In this document: positions 19,722 through 28,296 of the stretch, piece by piece
How positions within the stretch are numbered: position 1 is the stretch's first letter
How the letters are laid out: the number at the start of each line of letters is the position of its first letter
Assembly (NCBI GenBank): GCA_050011195.1
Contig: JBEKJO010000004.1
Coordinates: 10,619-74,618 of the forward strand
DNA length: 64,000 nucleotides
DNA from: Verrucomicrobiota bacterium
GTDB taxonomy: Bacteria > Verrucomicrobiota > Verrucomicrobiia > Limisphaerales > UBA8199
Direction: 5' to 3'
The notes under the pieces: model-generated
What the model was told of the DNA's origin: nothing
What the model saw: only the letters and a program-made list of their open reading frames with translations
Databases searched by the model: none
Program-made: the position numbers and the translations under genes

Positions 19722-22130
19722 ATGGCAGAGCACAATCCAAACAGGACACGTTCGAAGGCCGTTCAGCGGCCCGAATCGAACGCCCGCCCAACCCGCGGCG
19801 GCAGCCCGGTCGCTTCACTCGTGAAGTCGCCCTTCCGCCTGGTGCGCGAAGGAAACCCGACCGCGATCGCCATCCTGTTGTTCGCGCTCGTCGTCGGGAC
19901 GTTCCTCCCGGCGCTGCGCCACGGCTTTGTCAGCTTTGATGACAATGTCTATGTCTATGAGAACGCCCGCGTGCAACAGGGCTTGAGCTGGGATAACCTT
20001 CGCTGGGCTTTCACAACCTTGGACGCGGGCTTCTGGCATCCGTTGACCTGGTTGTCACTCCTGCTGGACGGCCAACTGTTCGGCCTGCGCCCGGGCGGCT
20101 ACCACTTGACCAGCCTGCTGCTCCATGCGGCGAACACCGTCCTGCTGTTCGTGCTGTTCCGCCGCATGACCGGCGCAACCTGGCGCAGCGCCTTGGTCGC
20201 CGCCTTGTTCGGCCTGCACCCGCTCCATGTCGAGCCGGTGGCGTGGGCCGCCGACCGCAAAGACCTTTTGTGTGCGCTGTTCTGGATGCTCGCGCTGCTG
20301 ATGTACGTGAGATATGCGCAGACGGCAGAAGGAAGAAGGAAGAATGCAGAATGCAGAATCCAGAACGAAGCATCACGCATCACGCATCAGGCATCACGCA
20401 TCACGCATCACGCATCACGCATCACGCATCACCCATCGCGCTATTACGTCCTTGCCCTCCTCTTCTTCGCCTGCGGCCTGATGAGCAAGACGATGGTGGT
20501 CACCCTCCCGTTGATCCTGCTCCTGCTCGATTACTGGCCGCTGGGCCGGCTTTCTTTCCCACCGCTCCACCACTCCACCACTCCACCACTCCGCTTGATC
20601 TGGGAGAAACTCCCCTTTCTCGCTGCCGCGTTCGTCTGCGGCCTGCTCACACTGCGCGCCGAGAAAGGCGTCGGCGCGCTCGCGACGGACGCTGCCCTCA
20701 CGGGTTCGGAGCGCCTCGCCAACGCCGCTCTTTCGTACGTGCGTTACCTTGGCCAGACCGTCTGGCCCGGCGGTTTCGCGGTGTATTATCCCTATCCGGC
20801 GGAATTTTCGCTTTGGCCTGTGGTTGGCGCCGGGCTGTTGCTTCTGACAATCTCAGCGGTTCTGCTGTGGGCCGCCGCCCGGCGGCCTTGCCTGGCCTTT
20901 GGCTGGGTTTGGTATGTGGTCACGTTGCTGCCGGTGATTGGGTTGATCCAGGTCGGCAGTCACTCCCACGCCGATCGCTATGCTTACGTGCCCTTGATCG
21001 GGGTCTTCACGCTTCTGGTTTGGGGCGCCCACGAGCTGACCCGGCGCTGGCGTTACCAGGCTGTCATCTCGTCGGTGGCCGCTCTGCTGGTCATCAGCCT
21101 GTGCGTCGCGTTGTCCCGCCACCAACTCGGCTATTGGCAGGACAGTGAGACCCTTCTCCGACACGCCATCGCCGTCACCCAGGACAACGAACCCATGCAC
21201 AATAACCTCGGGACCGTGCTGGTCGAGCAAGGGCGGCTGGACGAGGCCATCGGCCAGTTCCGCGAAGCCATAAGGCTGAATCCCGACAGCGCCGGCGTCC
21301 ATGATAACCTCGGCGCCGCGCTGGCCAGGCAAGGGAAGCTGGCCGAGGCGGTCAGTCAATTGCGCGAAGCCATAAGGCTGGATCCTGCCTGCGCCGACGC
21401 ACATAATAACTTGGGGGCCGTGTTGGGCCGTCAGGGGCGACTGGACGAGGCCATCGGCCATTTGCAAACAGCGATAAAGCTGACGCCCGGCGACGCCGGC
21501 GCGCATTGCAACTTGGGTGACGCCCTGGCCTCGACGGGGCGGTTGGACGAGGCGATCGGCCAATACCAGGAGGCCCTCAGACTCAAACCCGACGACCCCG
21601 AGGCCCACTGCAACCTGGGCGTCGCTTTGGGCAGAAAAGGGCGCCTGGACGAAGCGATCTTTCATTTCCGAAGGGCGGTGCAGATCGAGCCCAAACTGGC
21701 CGTCGCCCACCATCGCCTCGCCAACCTTCTGCTCCAACGCGGCCAGTTGGATGACGCCCTCGCCCACTACCAGGCCGCGATCGACGCCCAACCCGGCAAT
21801 GCGTACCCGCTCAACAACTTGGCTTGGGTGCTGGCGACGTGTCCGCAAATCTCCGTCCGCAACGGCGCCCGCGCGCTCGAACTGGCCCAACAGGCCGAGC
21901 GCCTTTCTGGCGGCAGGAATCCGTCGATCCTGGGAACCCTCGCCGCGGCCTATGCCGAGACGGGGCGACTTCCTGAAGCAGTTGCGACTGCTCAGCGCGC
22001 TCTGGCGTTGGCCGCCGCCCAAACCAACCTCGCCGAGCTTAATCCCCTTCGGTCGCAAATCGAACTCTACCAGGCAGGTTCCCCCTTCCGCGACACCAGC
22101 CAAACGAACGTTGCGCCTTATCCGCAGTGA
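19722..22130 (+). CDS. Second TMTC-like GT-C + TPR membrane protein
   Basis: FVSFDD, WHPLTWLS, FGLHPLHVEPVAW, MSK, ADRYAYVP, TPR array; C-terminus nearly identical to paralog ([14 protein letters not shown]); start moved to 19722. Confidence 0.88.
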   Translation: MAEHNPNRTRSKAVQRPESNARPTRGGSPVASLVKSPFRLVREGNPTAIAILLFALVVGTFLPALRHGFVSFDDNVYVYENARVQQGLSWDNLRWAFTTLDAGFWHPLTWLSLLLDGQLFGLRPGGYHLTSLLLHAANTVLLFVLFRRMTGATWRSALVAALFGLHPLHVEPVAWAADRKDLLCALFWMLALLMYVRYAQTAEGRRKNAECRIQNEASRITHQASRITHHASRITHHPSRYYVLALLFFACGLMSKTMVVTLPLILLLLDYWPLGRLSFPPLHHSTTPPLRLIWEKLPFLAAAFVCGLLTLRAEKGVGALATDAALTGSERLANAALSYVRYLGQTVWPGGFAVYYPYPAEFSLWPVVGAGLLLLTISAVLLWAAARRPCLAFGWVWYVVTLLPVIGLIQVGSHSHADRYAYVPLIGVFTLLVWGAHELTRRWRYQAVISSVAALLVISLCVALSRHQLGYWQDSETLLRHAIAVTQDNEPMHNNLGTVLVEQGRLDEAIGQFREAIRLNPDSAGVHDNLGAALARQGKLAEAVSQLREAIRLDPACADAHNNLGAVLGRQGRLDEAIGHLQTAIKLTPGDAGAHCNLGDALASTGRLDEAIGQYQEALRLKPDDPEAHCNLGVALGRKGRLDEAIFHFRRAVQIEPKLAVAHHRLANLLLQRGQLDDALAHYQAAIDAQPGNAYPLNNLAWVLATCPQISVRNGARALELAQQAERLSGGRNPSILGTLAAAYAETGRLPEAVATAQRALALAAAQTNLAELNPLRSQIELYQAGSPFRDTSQTNVAPYPQ
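20325..20432 (+). repeat. Two in-frame heptamer tracts: degenerate (GCAGAAT)x6 and (GCATCAC)x9
   Basis: 42 bp + 63 bp; encode AEGRRKNAECRIQN and ASRITHQASRITHHASRITH. Confidence 0.9.
20565..20588 (+). repeat. Octamer (CTCCACCA)x3, in frame
   Basis: 24 bp, encodes LHHSTTP. Confidence 0.8.
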
Positions 22131-22220
22131 AGAAGAGCCTCACACCTCCTGACCCGTGCGGGGATTTTGTGGGATGTGAGGAATTGAGATGGGCCGGTTT
22201 TGGCTGGCCGGGCGCGGCGG

Positions 22221-23051
22221 CTAACCCGGAGCGCGGAAGGTGGGGCGGTTGACCTCGTAACGCTGGCGGCGGACGGGGCTGGCCAGCGTATAGATTTCGT
22301 ACGCAAAAGGCTGCTGCCGATACATTCCCCCCAATAAGCGCCGCAAGCGGTGTTGCAGAATGAACAGCGGTTTGAGCCGCTGCGCCCAGAGCGGCGCGCT
22401 GTGAAATAGCTCCCGGCTTTCCCGACGGGCGTTCGGGCCGGTGCTCATGTTGGCTCCCGTGCAGGTAAAGGCCGAGGTGAATTGCCCGAGCGCCGCCATT
22501 TTGACCGGGCGCTGCAGCAGGCGCACGATCCATTCGCCGTCGCCCACGTCGCGCAAGCGCGGATCAAACAGCAAGCCGTAGTCAAAGACGATGCGCCGGT
22601 GAAAGAACATGGCGCAACTCAAGGTGGATAAGTGGCAGGTCCAGGTATGATATTTGAGCGGGGTCTGCATCTTGCGGTGATACAAGTATCGCCCCCCGGC
22701 ATCCACCATCACCACATCCCCGAACAGCACGTCGGTCTGCGGGTGCTGCTCGAAGAAACCGGCCACGGCTGACAGGGCGCCCGGCAGATACTGCTCGTCG
22801 CAATTCAAGTAGGCGAGAAGGTCGCCCCCGGCCCGGCGCAACCCGCGGTTGATGCCGTCATACATGCCCTGGTCCTTTTCAACAAAGGCTTTGACGCGCG
22901 GGTCCCGGGGCAGCCAATCCAGGGTGCCGTCGTCCGAGCCGGCATCCTGCACGATGTGCTCGACCTCGCCCGATTGGTCGGCGACGGACGCGATGCAGAG
23001 CTTCAGCCAGGCCGAACGGCGGTAACTCGGGGTGACAATCGAGATGCGCAC
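22221..23051 (-). CDS. Glycosyltransferase family 2
   Basis: ISIVTPSY, EHIVQDAGSDDGT, EKDQGMYDGINRG, YLNCDE. Confidence 0.92.
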   Translation of the reverse strand: MRISIVTPSYRRSAWLKLCIASVADQSGEVEHIVQDAGSDDGTLDWLPRDPRVKAFVEKDQGMYDGINRGLRRAGGDLLAYLNCDEQYLPGALSAVAGFFEQHPQTDVLFGDVVMVDAGGRYLYHRKMQTPLKYHTWTCHLSTLSCAMFFHRRIVFDYGLLFDPRLRDVGDGEWIVRLLQRPVKMAALGQFTSAFTCTGANMSTGPNARRESRELFHSAPLWAQRLKPLFILQHRLRRLLGGMYRQQPFAYEIYTLASPVRRQRYEVNRPTFRAPG

Positions 23052-23119
23052 GCCGGGATGATGCGTGGCAGGGGCAACCGTGTCGAACGAGTTTTTCGCA
23101 GCCCGGGCCGTTCTCTGTA

Positions 23120-23524
23120 TTAACTGCCTGGCTGGGGGTCGGGCTGCTTCGGCTTGTCGGTCTTGGGCTTAATCACGACCACAAAGTTGGTGGTCTGGGC
23201 GGGCTTCTCGCCCGCTTCCCAGGGACGAACATAGTTGAGCTTTATCTCCGTCTTGCCTTCGGCCAGCGCCTGGAATGTCCACACCATGTCGCCGGGGGCG
23301 CCGATCAGTTTGGATTCGGGCCGCTTGTATTCGGGGGTGCCCAGCAGCTTCAGCAGTTTCTCATCGGGGGGTTTGGCGAGCACCCACTGGTAGCCGGTGC
23401 TGCCATGGTATTGCAATGTGAGTTTGAACTCCTGGCCGACCGTAACGGCCATAGGCTTTGGCTCCGCCGCCCCGGTGGTCGTCACCCAAGCGAGCGCTAG
23501 GCAAATCAGCAATGAAAGCTTCAT
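23120..23524 (-). CDS. Chagasin-family (I42) protease inhibitor, secreted
   Basis: Signal peptide; STGYQW, IGAPG..WTF, YVRPWE. Confidence 0.88.
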   Translation of the reverse strand: MKLSLLICLALAWVTTTGAAEPKPMAVTVGQEFKLTLQYHGSTGYQWVLAKPPDEKLLKLLGTPEYKRPESKLIGAPGDMVWTFQALAEGKTEIKLNYVRPWEAGEKPAQTTNFVVVIKPKTDKPKQPDPQPGS

Positions 23525-23619
23525 GCCGCGAGATTACTACAGAAAGGGCCTGCGGGCCATGAGAAAAATGGCCTTGCATTCCCGGCGGAATTGCCGGAAC
23601 ATGCCGGCCGGATGTCCTT

Positions 23620-24963
23620 ATGTTGAACCCATCAAATAAAGATTCAGGCAATTATACCAGGCGGACTTTTCTCAAAACCAGCACTGTGGCCGTGGCCGGC
23701 TTGTCGGTCGCCGATTACGGTTTCGCGGCGCCCCAGACGGAAACGCTGGCGCTGGCGGGCGGCGAAAAGGCGGTCAACTGCCCCAAGGAGCAGCACGCCG
23801 CGCTCACCAAATGGCCGCGCTATGGCGACGCCGAGAAGAAGGCCGTGTGCGACCTGCTCGACAACAATAAGTTTTATGACGAGCTGCCGGCATTTGAGAA
23901 GGAGTGGAAGGATTACACTCAATCGCCGTTCGTGAAGAGCCACATCAACGGCACCAGCGCGCTGACCAGCATGTACTTCGCGCTCGACCTGCCGCCCGGC
24001 AGCGAAATCATGGTGCCGTCCTACACGTTCTTCGCCACCTGCCTGGCGATGCGCTTTTTCGGCTGCGTGCCCATCTTCATCGACATCGAACCCAAGACGG
24101 CGACGTTTGACCTGGAGGACGCCCAGCGCAAGCTGACGCCCCGCACCCGCGCGGTGGTGCCAATGCATTCGTGGGGGCTTCCCTGCCAGATGGACCGGAT
24201 CAGCGACTGGGCCAAAGAGAAGGGCCTCATTGTGCTCGAAGACGCCGCTCACGCGCACGGCGCGTCCATGCAAGGCAAGAAGATGGGCACTTGGGGCGTG
24301 ATGGGTATCTACAGTTTCCAGGCCTCCAAAGTCATGCCGGCCATCGAGGGCGGCATGGGGATGTATCAGACGCGCGAGTACTTCGAGCGCGCCGCCGCGT
24401 TCGGCGAATATAACGATCCGGCCAAGTTCCCCAAGGAAAGCCCCGTCCACGCTTACGAAGGCACCGGATTCGGCCAGAAATACCGGATGCACCCCCTGGC
24501 CGCCGCCCTGGCCCGCCAGCAACTCAAGGGACTCGACGCGTTGAATCAACTCGTGAACAAGAACGTCCGCGCCATGAACGATCGTCTGACCCGGCTGGAG
24601 GGCCTGACCGAGCCGCACTGCCGTGCGGACCAGCAACGGGTCTATTACCACCGCAACATGCTGCTGATCGACTTCAAGAAGCTCGGCTGCTCGCGCGAGG
24701 CACTCGTCAAGGCGCTTAAAGCCGAGGGGGTGGACGTGAATTTCTGGGACTACCCCGAACAGCATAAGCTCAAGATCTATTCCGAGGCCAAGTGGTGGCA
24801 TCATGCGCCGCAGGTTCCGGCGTCCATGCCCGGCACCGCCTACATCAATGCCAATCACATCTTCCTGCCGCTGTTCTATGCGGACGTGCCTGAGCTGATC
24901 GGCCAGTACGGCCGCGCTTTCGAGAAGGTCTGGGCGCATCGCGCGGAAGTGGCGAAGGCCTAA
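23620..24963 (+). CDS. DegT/DnrJ/EryC1/StrS PLP aminotransferase with twin-arginine leader
   Basis: TRRTFLK leader; NGTSAL, VPSYTFFAT, LEDAAHAHG, SFQASK..EGG. Confidence 0.9.
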   Translation: MLNPSNKDSGNYTRRTFLKTSTVAVAGLSVADYGFAAPQTETLALAGGEKAVNCPKEQHAALTKWPRYGDAEKKAVCDLLDNNKFYDELPAFEKEWKDYTQSPFVKSHINGTSALTSMYFALDLPPGSEIMVPSYTFFATCLAMRFFGCVPIFIDIEPKTATFDLEDAQRKLTPRTRAVVPMHSWGLPCQMDRISDWAKEKGLIVLEDAAHAHGASMQGKKMGTWGVMGIYSFQASKVMPAIEGGMGMYQTREYFERAAAFGEYNDPAKFPKESPVHAYEGTGFGQKYRMHPLAAALARQQLKGLDALNQLVNKNVRAMNDRLTRLEGLTEPHCRADQQRVYYHRNMLLIDFKKLGCSREALVKALKAEGVDVNFWDYPEQHKLKIYSEAKWWHHAPQVPASMPGTAYINANHIFLPLFYADVPELIGQYGRAFEKVWAHRAEVAKA

Positions 24964-24972
24964 GGGCGCCTT

Positions 24973-25120
24973 TCATTAACACCCCGCTTCAGCGGGGTGG
25001 GGCGTGGCGTGCTGAGGGTGTGAACCGCTTCAGCGGTTTTCACACAGTGCTCGAAACCGCTAAAGCGATTCGCTGGCTTCGTTGGCACACCAACACCCCG
25101 CTGAAGCGGCGTGTTAACGA
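24973..25120. repeat. Multi-palindromic intergenic element
   Basis: tcattaacaccccgcttcagcggggtg ... aaccgcttcagcggttt ... aaaccgctaaagcgatt ... caccccgctgaagcggcgtgttaacga. Confidence 0.75.
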
Positions 25121-25229
25121 GCGCCGGTACCACAGAAACGGGAAGCGCGGCGCAATATTCGGCATCACTTGCACCCCCGAGACTCTGTGCTACGTTTCTG
25201 CTGTTTTTCTGAAGCAGGACATTGGAAAT

Positions 25230-25943
25230 ATGAAGAAATCATCTGCGTTAATCATGGTCAGCGGCCTGGCGGCGGCGCTGCAAGCCGCCGCCGCCGCCGA
25301 CATTGCCGGCACCGTCACCCTCAAAGGCACACCGCCGAAGGAAAAGGACATCACTCCCGTCATGGAGGATGCGAACTGCAGCAAGCTGCACACGACAGTG
25401 CCCACCACCCACTTTTATGTGGTCGAGCCGAAAGGCGAACTGGCCGATGTCGTGGTTTCCTTGCAGGGCATCAGCGGCAAGTCCACCGGTGCCTCGGCGC
25501 CGCCCGTGCTTCTGGACCAGAAGGGCTGCATATACGTGCCCTCGATTTTTGCCGTGCAGACCGGCCAGAAGATCATCGTCAGGAATTCCGACCCCGTCCT
25601 GCACAATGTCCATGCCGTTCCGGCGGAGGGCTCGGGCAACCCGGAAAGGAACGAAGCCCAACTGGCCAATGGCCCGGACCTGACCTTCTCGTTCCCCAAG
25701 CCGGAGAATTTCCTCAAGTTCACGTGCGACGTCCACTTCAAGTGGATGTTCGCCTGGGTCAGCATCTTCGATCATCCCTACTTTGCCGTTACCGGCAAGG
25801 ACGGCACGTTCAAGATCGCCAATGTGCCGCCCGGCAAATACAAGATTCAAGCCGCTCACCGCAAAGCGGGCACCGTGACGCAGGAAATCGAGGTCAAGGA
25901 AGGCGAACCCGCCAAGGCCGATTTCACCCTGGAAATCAAATAG
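25230..25943 (+). CDS. Secreted protein with cupredoxin-like copper motif and carboxypeptidase-regulatory-like domain
   Basis: Signal peptide; LDQKGC.Y.P, NSDPVLHNVH, CDVH.KWM, HPYFAVT, VPPGKY; first gene of cox cluster. Confidence 0.75.
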   Translation: MKKSSALIMVSGLAAALQAAAAADIAGTVTLKGTPPKEKDITPVMEDANCSKLHTTVPTTHFYVVEPKGELADVVVSLQGISGKSTGASAPPVLLDQKGCIYVPSIFAVQTGQKIIVRNSDPVLHNVHAVPAEGSGNPERNEAQLANGPDLTFSFPKPENFLKFTCDVHFKWMFAWVSIFDHPYFAVTGKDGTFKIANVPPGKYKIQAAHRKAGTVTQEIEVKEGEPAKADFTLEIK

Positions 25944-25953
25944 GGCAGCCCCA

Positions 25954-27255
25954 ATGCTTTCAGGCATCACAGGCTGGAACCGCTGCCTGCATCGCTTCGC
26001 CGTCCTCACGGCCATTGCCACGCTGGGGCTGGTCGGCATGGGCGGCCTGGTGACCAGTTACGGCGTCGGCATGGCCGTGCCCGACTGGCCCAACACCTAC
26101 GGCTATAACATGTTCTTCTTCCCGCTTTCACAGTGGGTGGGAGGCATCTTCTACGAGCACACTCATCGCCTGGCCGCCTCCGGTGTCGGCCTGCTGACGA
26201 TCATGCTCGGTCTGTGGCTTTACGGGCGAAACGCCCGTTCGTTCATGCACTGGGCGGGCTTGATTTTGCTCTTGGCCGGAGGCGCGACAGTGGTTGCGGT
26301 GCCCCGCCGATGGGCCGATGGCTTGGTCCTTGGGTTGACCGGCCTTGCGTTTCTGGGCGCGAGCCGGGTTTGGCCGCGCTGCGAGCCAAGCCCCAAATGG
26401 CTGAGGCGCTTGGGATTGGCCGCGTTCGTTGCCGTTCTCCTGCAAGGGGTGCTCGGCGGATTGCGCGTGGTGCTGTTTCAGGACGCCCTCGGGATCTTTC
26501 ACGCCACGCTCGCGCAGCTTTTCTTCGTGCTGATTTGCGCCATTGCCCTCTTCACCAGCCGCTGGTGGCAGACTCAGCCAGCGCGGCCCCCATCAACTAT
26601 CAACTATAGACTATCAACTCTCTTCCTCCTAACGACCCTGCTGATCCTGTGCCAATTGACCCTGGGCGCGACGATGCGCCATCAGCACGCCGGCCTGGCC
26701 ATTCCTGACTTCCCGCTCGCCTACGGCAAACTCTGGCCGGCGACGGATGCCGCCTCCGTCGCGCACTACAACCAGCAGCGCATCGAGGTCATGGCCGCCA
26801 ACCCCATCACCGTCTTTCAGATTGGCCTGCAAATGGTCCATCGGCTCCTCGCCGTTGCGATTCTTGGCGCGGTCGCCTTCGCCGCGTGGTCCACCGGGCG
26901 CGCGCTCGGCGGGAAAAATCCCTTGAGCCGGTTGGCGCTGGTCTGGCTGGGGTTGATTCTGACCCAACTGCTTCTGGGCGCGGCCACGATATGGTCGAAC
27001 AAGGCCGCGGACATCGCCACCGCCCATGTGCTGGTCGGCGCGCTCTCGTTGGCGCTCGGCGCAATCCTGAGTATCATCTCATCCCGAGCACTCGAGCAGG
27101 TAGGGCGCGCTGTCCCCAGCGCGCCGGGGGAAGGCGCCCAAGCGCGCACGTTTCGGACAACTTCGGCGGCTCGCGGCGCGCTGGGGACAGCGCGCCCAGC
27201 TACCACCACCCTCAAACCCCTGCCGTCCGGTGGTCCCGGCTTTCCCTCTCCATGA
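25954..27255 (+). CDS. ctaA: Heme A synthase (CtaA/COX15)
   Basis: GGLVTS..VGMAVPDWP, EHTHR, QGVLGG.RV, FHATLA, MVHR, TAHV; C-terminus extended by a REP doublet. Confidence 0.9.
   Translation: MLSGITGWNRCLHRFAVLTAIATLGLVGMGGLVTSYGVGMAVPDWPNTYGYNMFFFPLSQWVGGIFYEHTHRLAASGVGLLTIMLGLWLYGRNARSFMHWAGLILLLAGGATVVAVPRRWADGLVLGLTGLAFLGASRVWPRCEPSPKWLRRLGLAAFVAVLLQGVLGGLRVVLFQDALGIFHATLAQLFFVLICAIALFTSRWWQTQPARPPSTINYRLSTLFLLTTLLILCQLTLGATMRHQHAGLAIPDFPLAYGKLWPATDAASVAHYNQQRIEVMAANPITVFQIGLQMVHRLLAVAILGAVAFAAWSTGRALGGKNPLSRLALVWLGLILTQLLLGAATIWSNKAADIATAHVLVGALSLALGAILSIISSRALEQVGRAVPSAPGEGAQARTFRTTSAARGALGTARPATTTLKPLPSGGPGFPSP
27099..27204. repeat. GTAG-type REP doublet inside 3' end of ctaA
   Basis: ggtagggcgcgctgtccccagcgcgccg ... 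cggcgcgctggggacagcgcgcccagctacc. Confidence 0.8.
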
Positions 27256-27394
27256 ACCTCGATTCGCCAGAGAGCTGCCGAGTATTCCCCCTCTCCCCTT
27301 CCGAAGGGGAGAGGGCTGGGGTGAGGGGTCGGTCTTTGCCTGGGGGTTCATGGTCCCAACGCGCGGGCAAAAGACCGTGGAGGCTAACCATGAA
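27250..27394. mobile_element. MITE-like 138-bp insertion bounded by direct CCATGAA repeats at the ctaA/ctaB junction
   Basis: ccatgaa at 27250 and 27388; internal ccctctcccc-ggggagagggctggggtgagggg core also at 35862 and 36793. Confidence 0.65.
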
Positions 27395-28295
27395 GGCCAC
27401 CACCGCACAACCTCTCAGCCAAACCGTTCCGGCGGAAAAGACCTGGCTGGCCGTCTATGCCGATCTGTTCAAGGCGCGGCTCACCTGCCTCGTGTTGCTC
27501 ACAACACTGGTCGGGTTTTACCTCGGCTTCCGCGGACCAGTGGATTTTGTCCTGATGTTCCGTCTCCTTCTGGGCACCGCCCTTCTGGCCAGCGGCGCGG
27601 CTGCCTTGAACCAGTTGTTGGAGCGCGAATACGACGCCAAAATGCGCCGCACGCAAGACCGTCCGCTGCCTTCTGGCCGTTTGCAGCCCCAGACCGTGCT
27701 GAGGGTCGGTTGCGCCTCAGCGCTCGTCGGCCTGCTTTATCTCGCGCAGGCGGTCAACCTCACGACGAGCCTGGTCGGCGCGACTTCGCTCGTCTGCTAC
27801 TTGTTCGTCTATACGCCGCTCAAGCGGGTGACGTGGCTCAACACACTGGTCGGCGCGGTTCCCGGCGCGTTGCCGCCGTTGATGGGGTGGACCGCGGCGC
27901 GCGGGGAATTGAGCCGCGAAGGGCTGGCCCTCTTTGCCATCCAAGCCTTTTGGCAACTGCCGCACTTCATGGCTATCGCCTGGATTTACCGGGAGGAATA
28001 CGCCCGCGCCGGGTTCAAGATGCTGCCGGTCGTCGATCCCGAGGGCCGCCGCACCGGCCGCCAGGCCGTCAGTCACACGCTGGCTTTGCTGGGGGTGAGC
28101 TTGTGCCCGTTCCTGTTCAATTTGACCGGCCCCATTTATCTGGTTGGCGCGTTAATCCTCGGGCTGGCTTTTGTGTGGTTCGCCTTCCGGTTTTCCCGCC
28201 ACCGGACGCTCGCGCGCGCCCGGCAGCTCTTTTACGTCTCGCTGGTGTATCTCCCCTTGTTGTTGGCGGTGATGGTGCTGGATAAAGTCAGATAA
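27390..28295 (+). CDS. ctaB: Protoheme IX farnesyltransferase (heme O synthase)
   Basis: LNQLLEREYDAKMRRTQDRPLPSG, YTPLKR, GAVPGALPPLMGW, WQLPHF, EYARAG. Confidence 0.95.
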   Translation: MKATTAQPLSQTVPAEKTWLAVYADLFKARLTCLVLLTTLVGFYLGFRGPVDFVLMFRLLLGTALLASGAAALNQLLEREYDAKMRRTQDRPLPSGRLQPQTVLRVGCASALVGLLYLAQAVNLTTSLVGATSLVCYLFVYTPLKRVTWLNTLVGAVPGALPPLMGWTAARGELSREGLALFAIQAFWQLPHFMAIAWIYREEYARAGFKMLPVVDPEGRRTGRQAVSHTLALLGVSLCPFLFNLTGPIYLVGALILGLAFVWFAFRFSRHRTLARARQLFYVSLVYLPLLLAVMVLDKVR

Positions 28296-28296
28296 C

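Noticed and set aside
25020-25229. Upstream start for the cupredoxin-like gene
   Set aside because: Reads through a palindromic repeat; the signal peptide begins at 25230.
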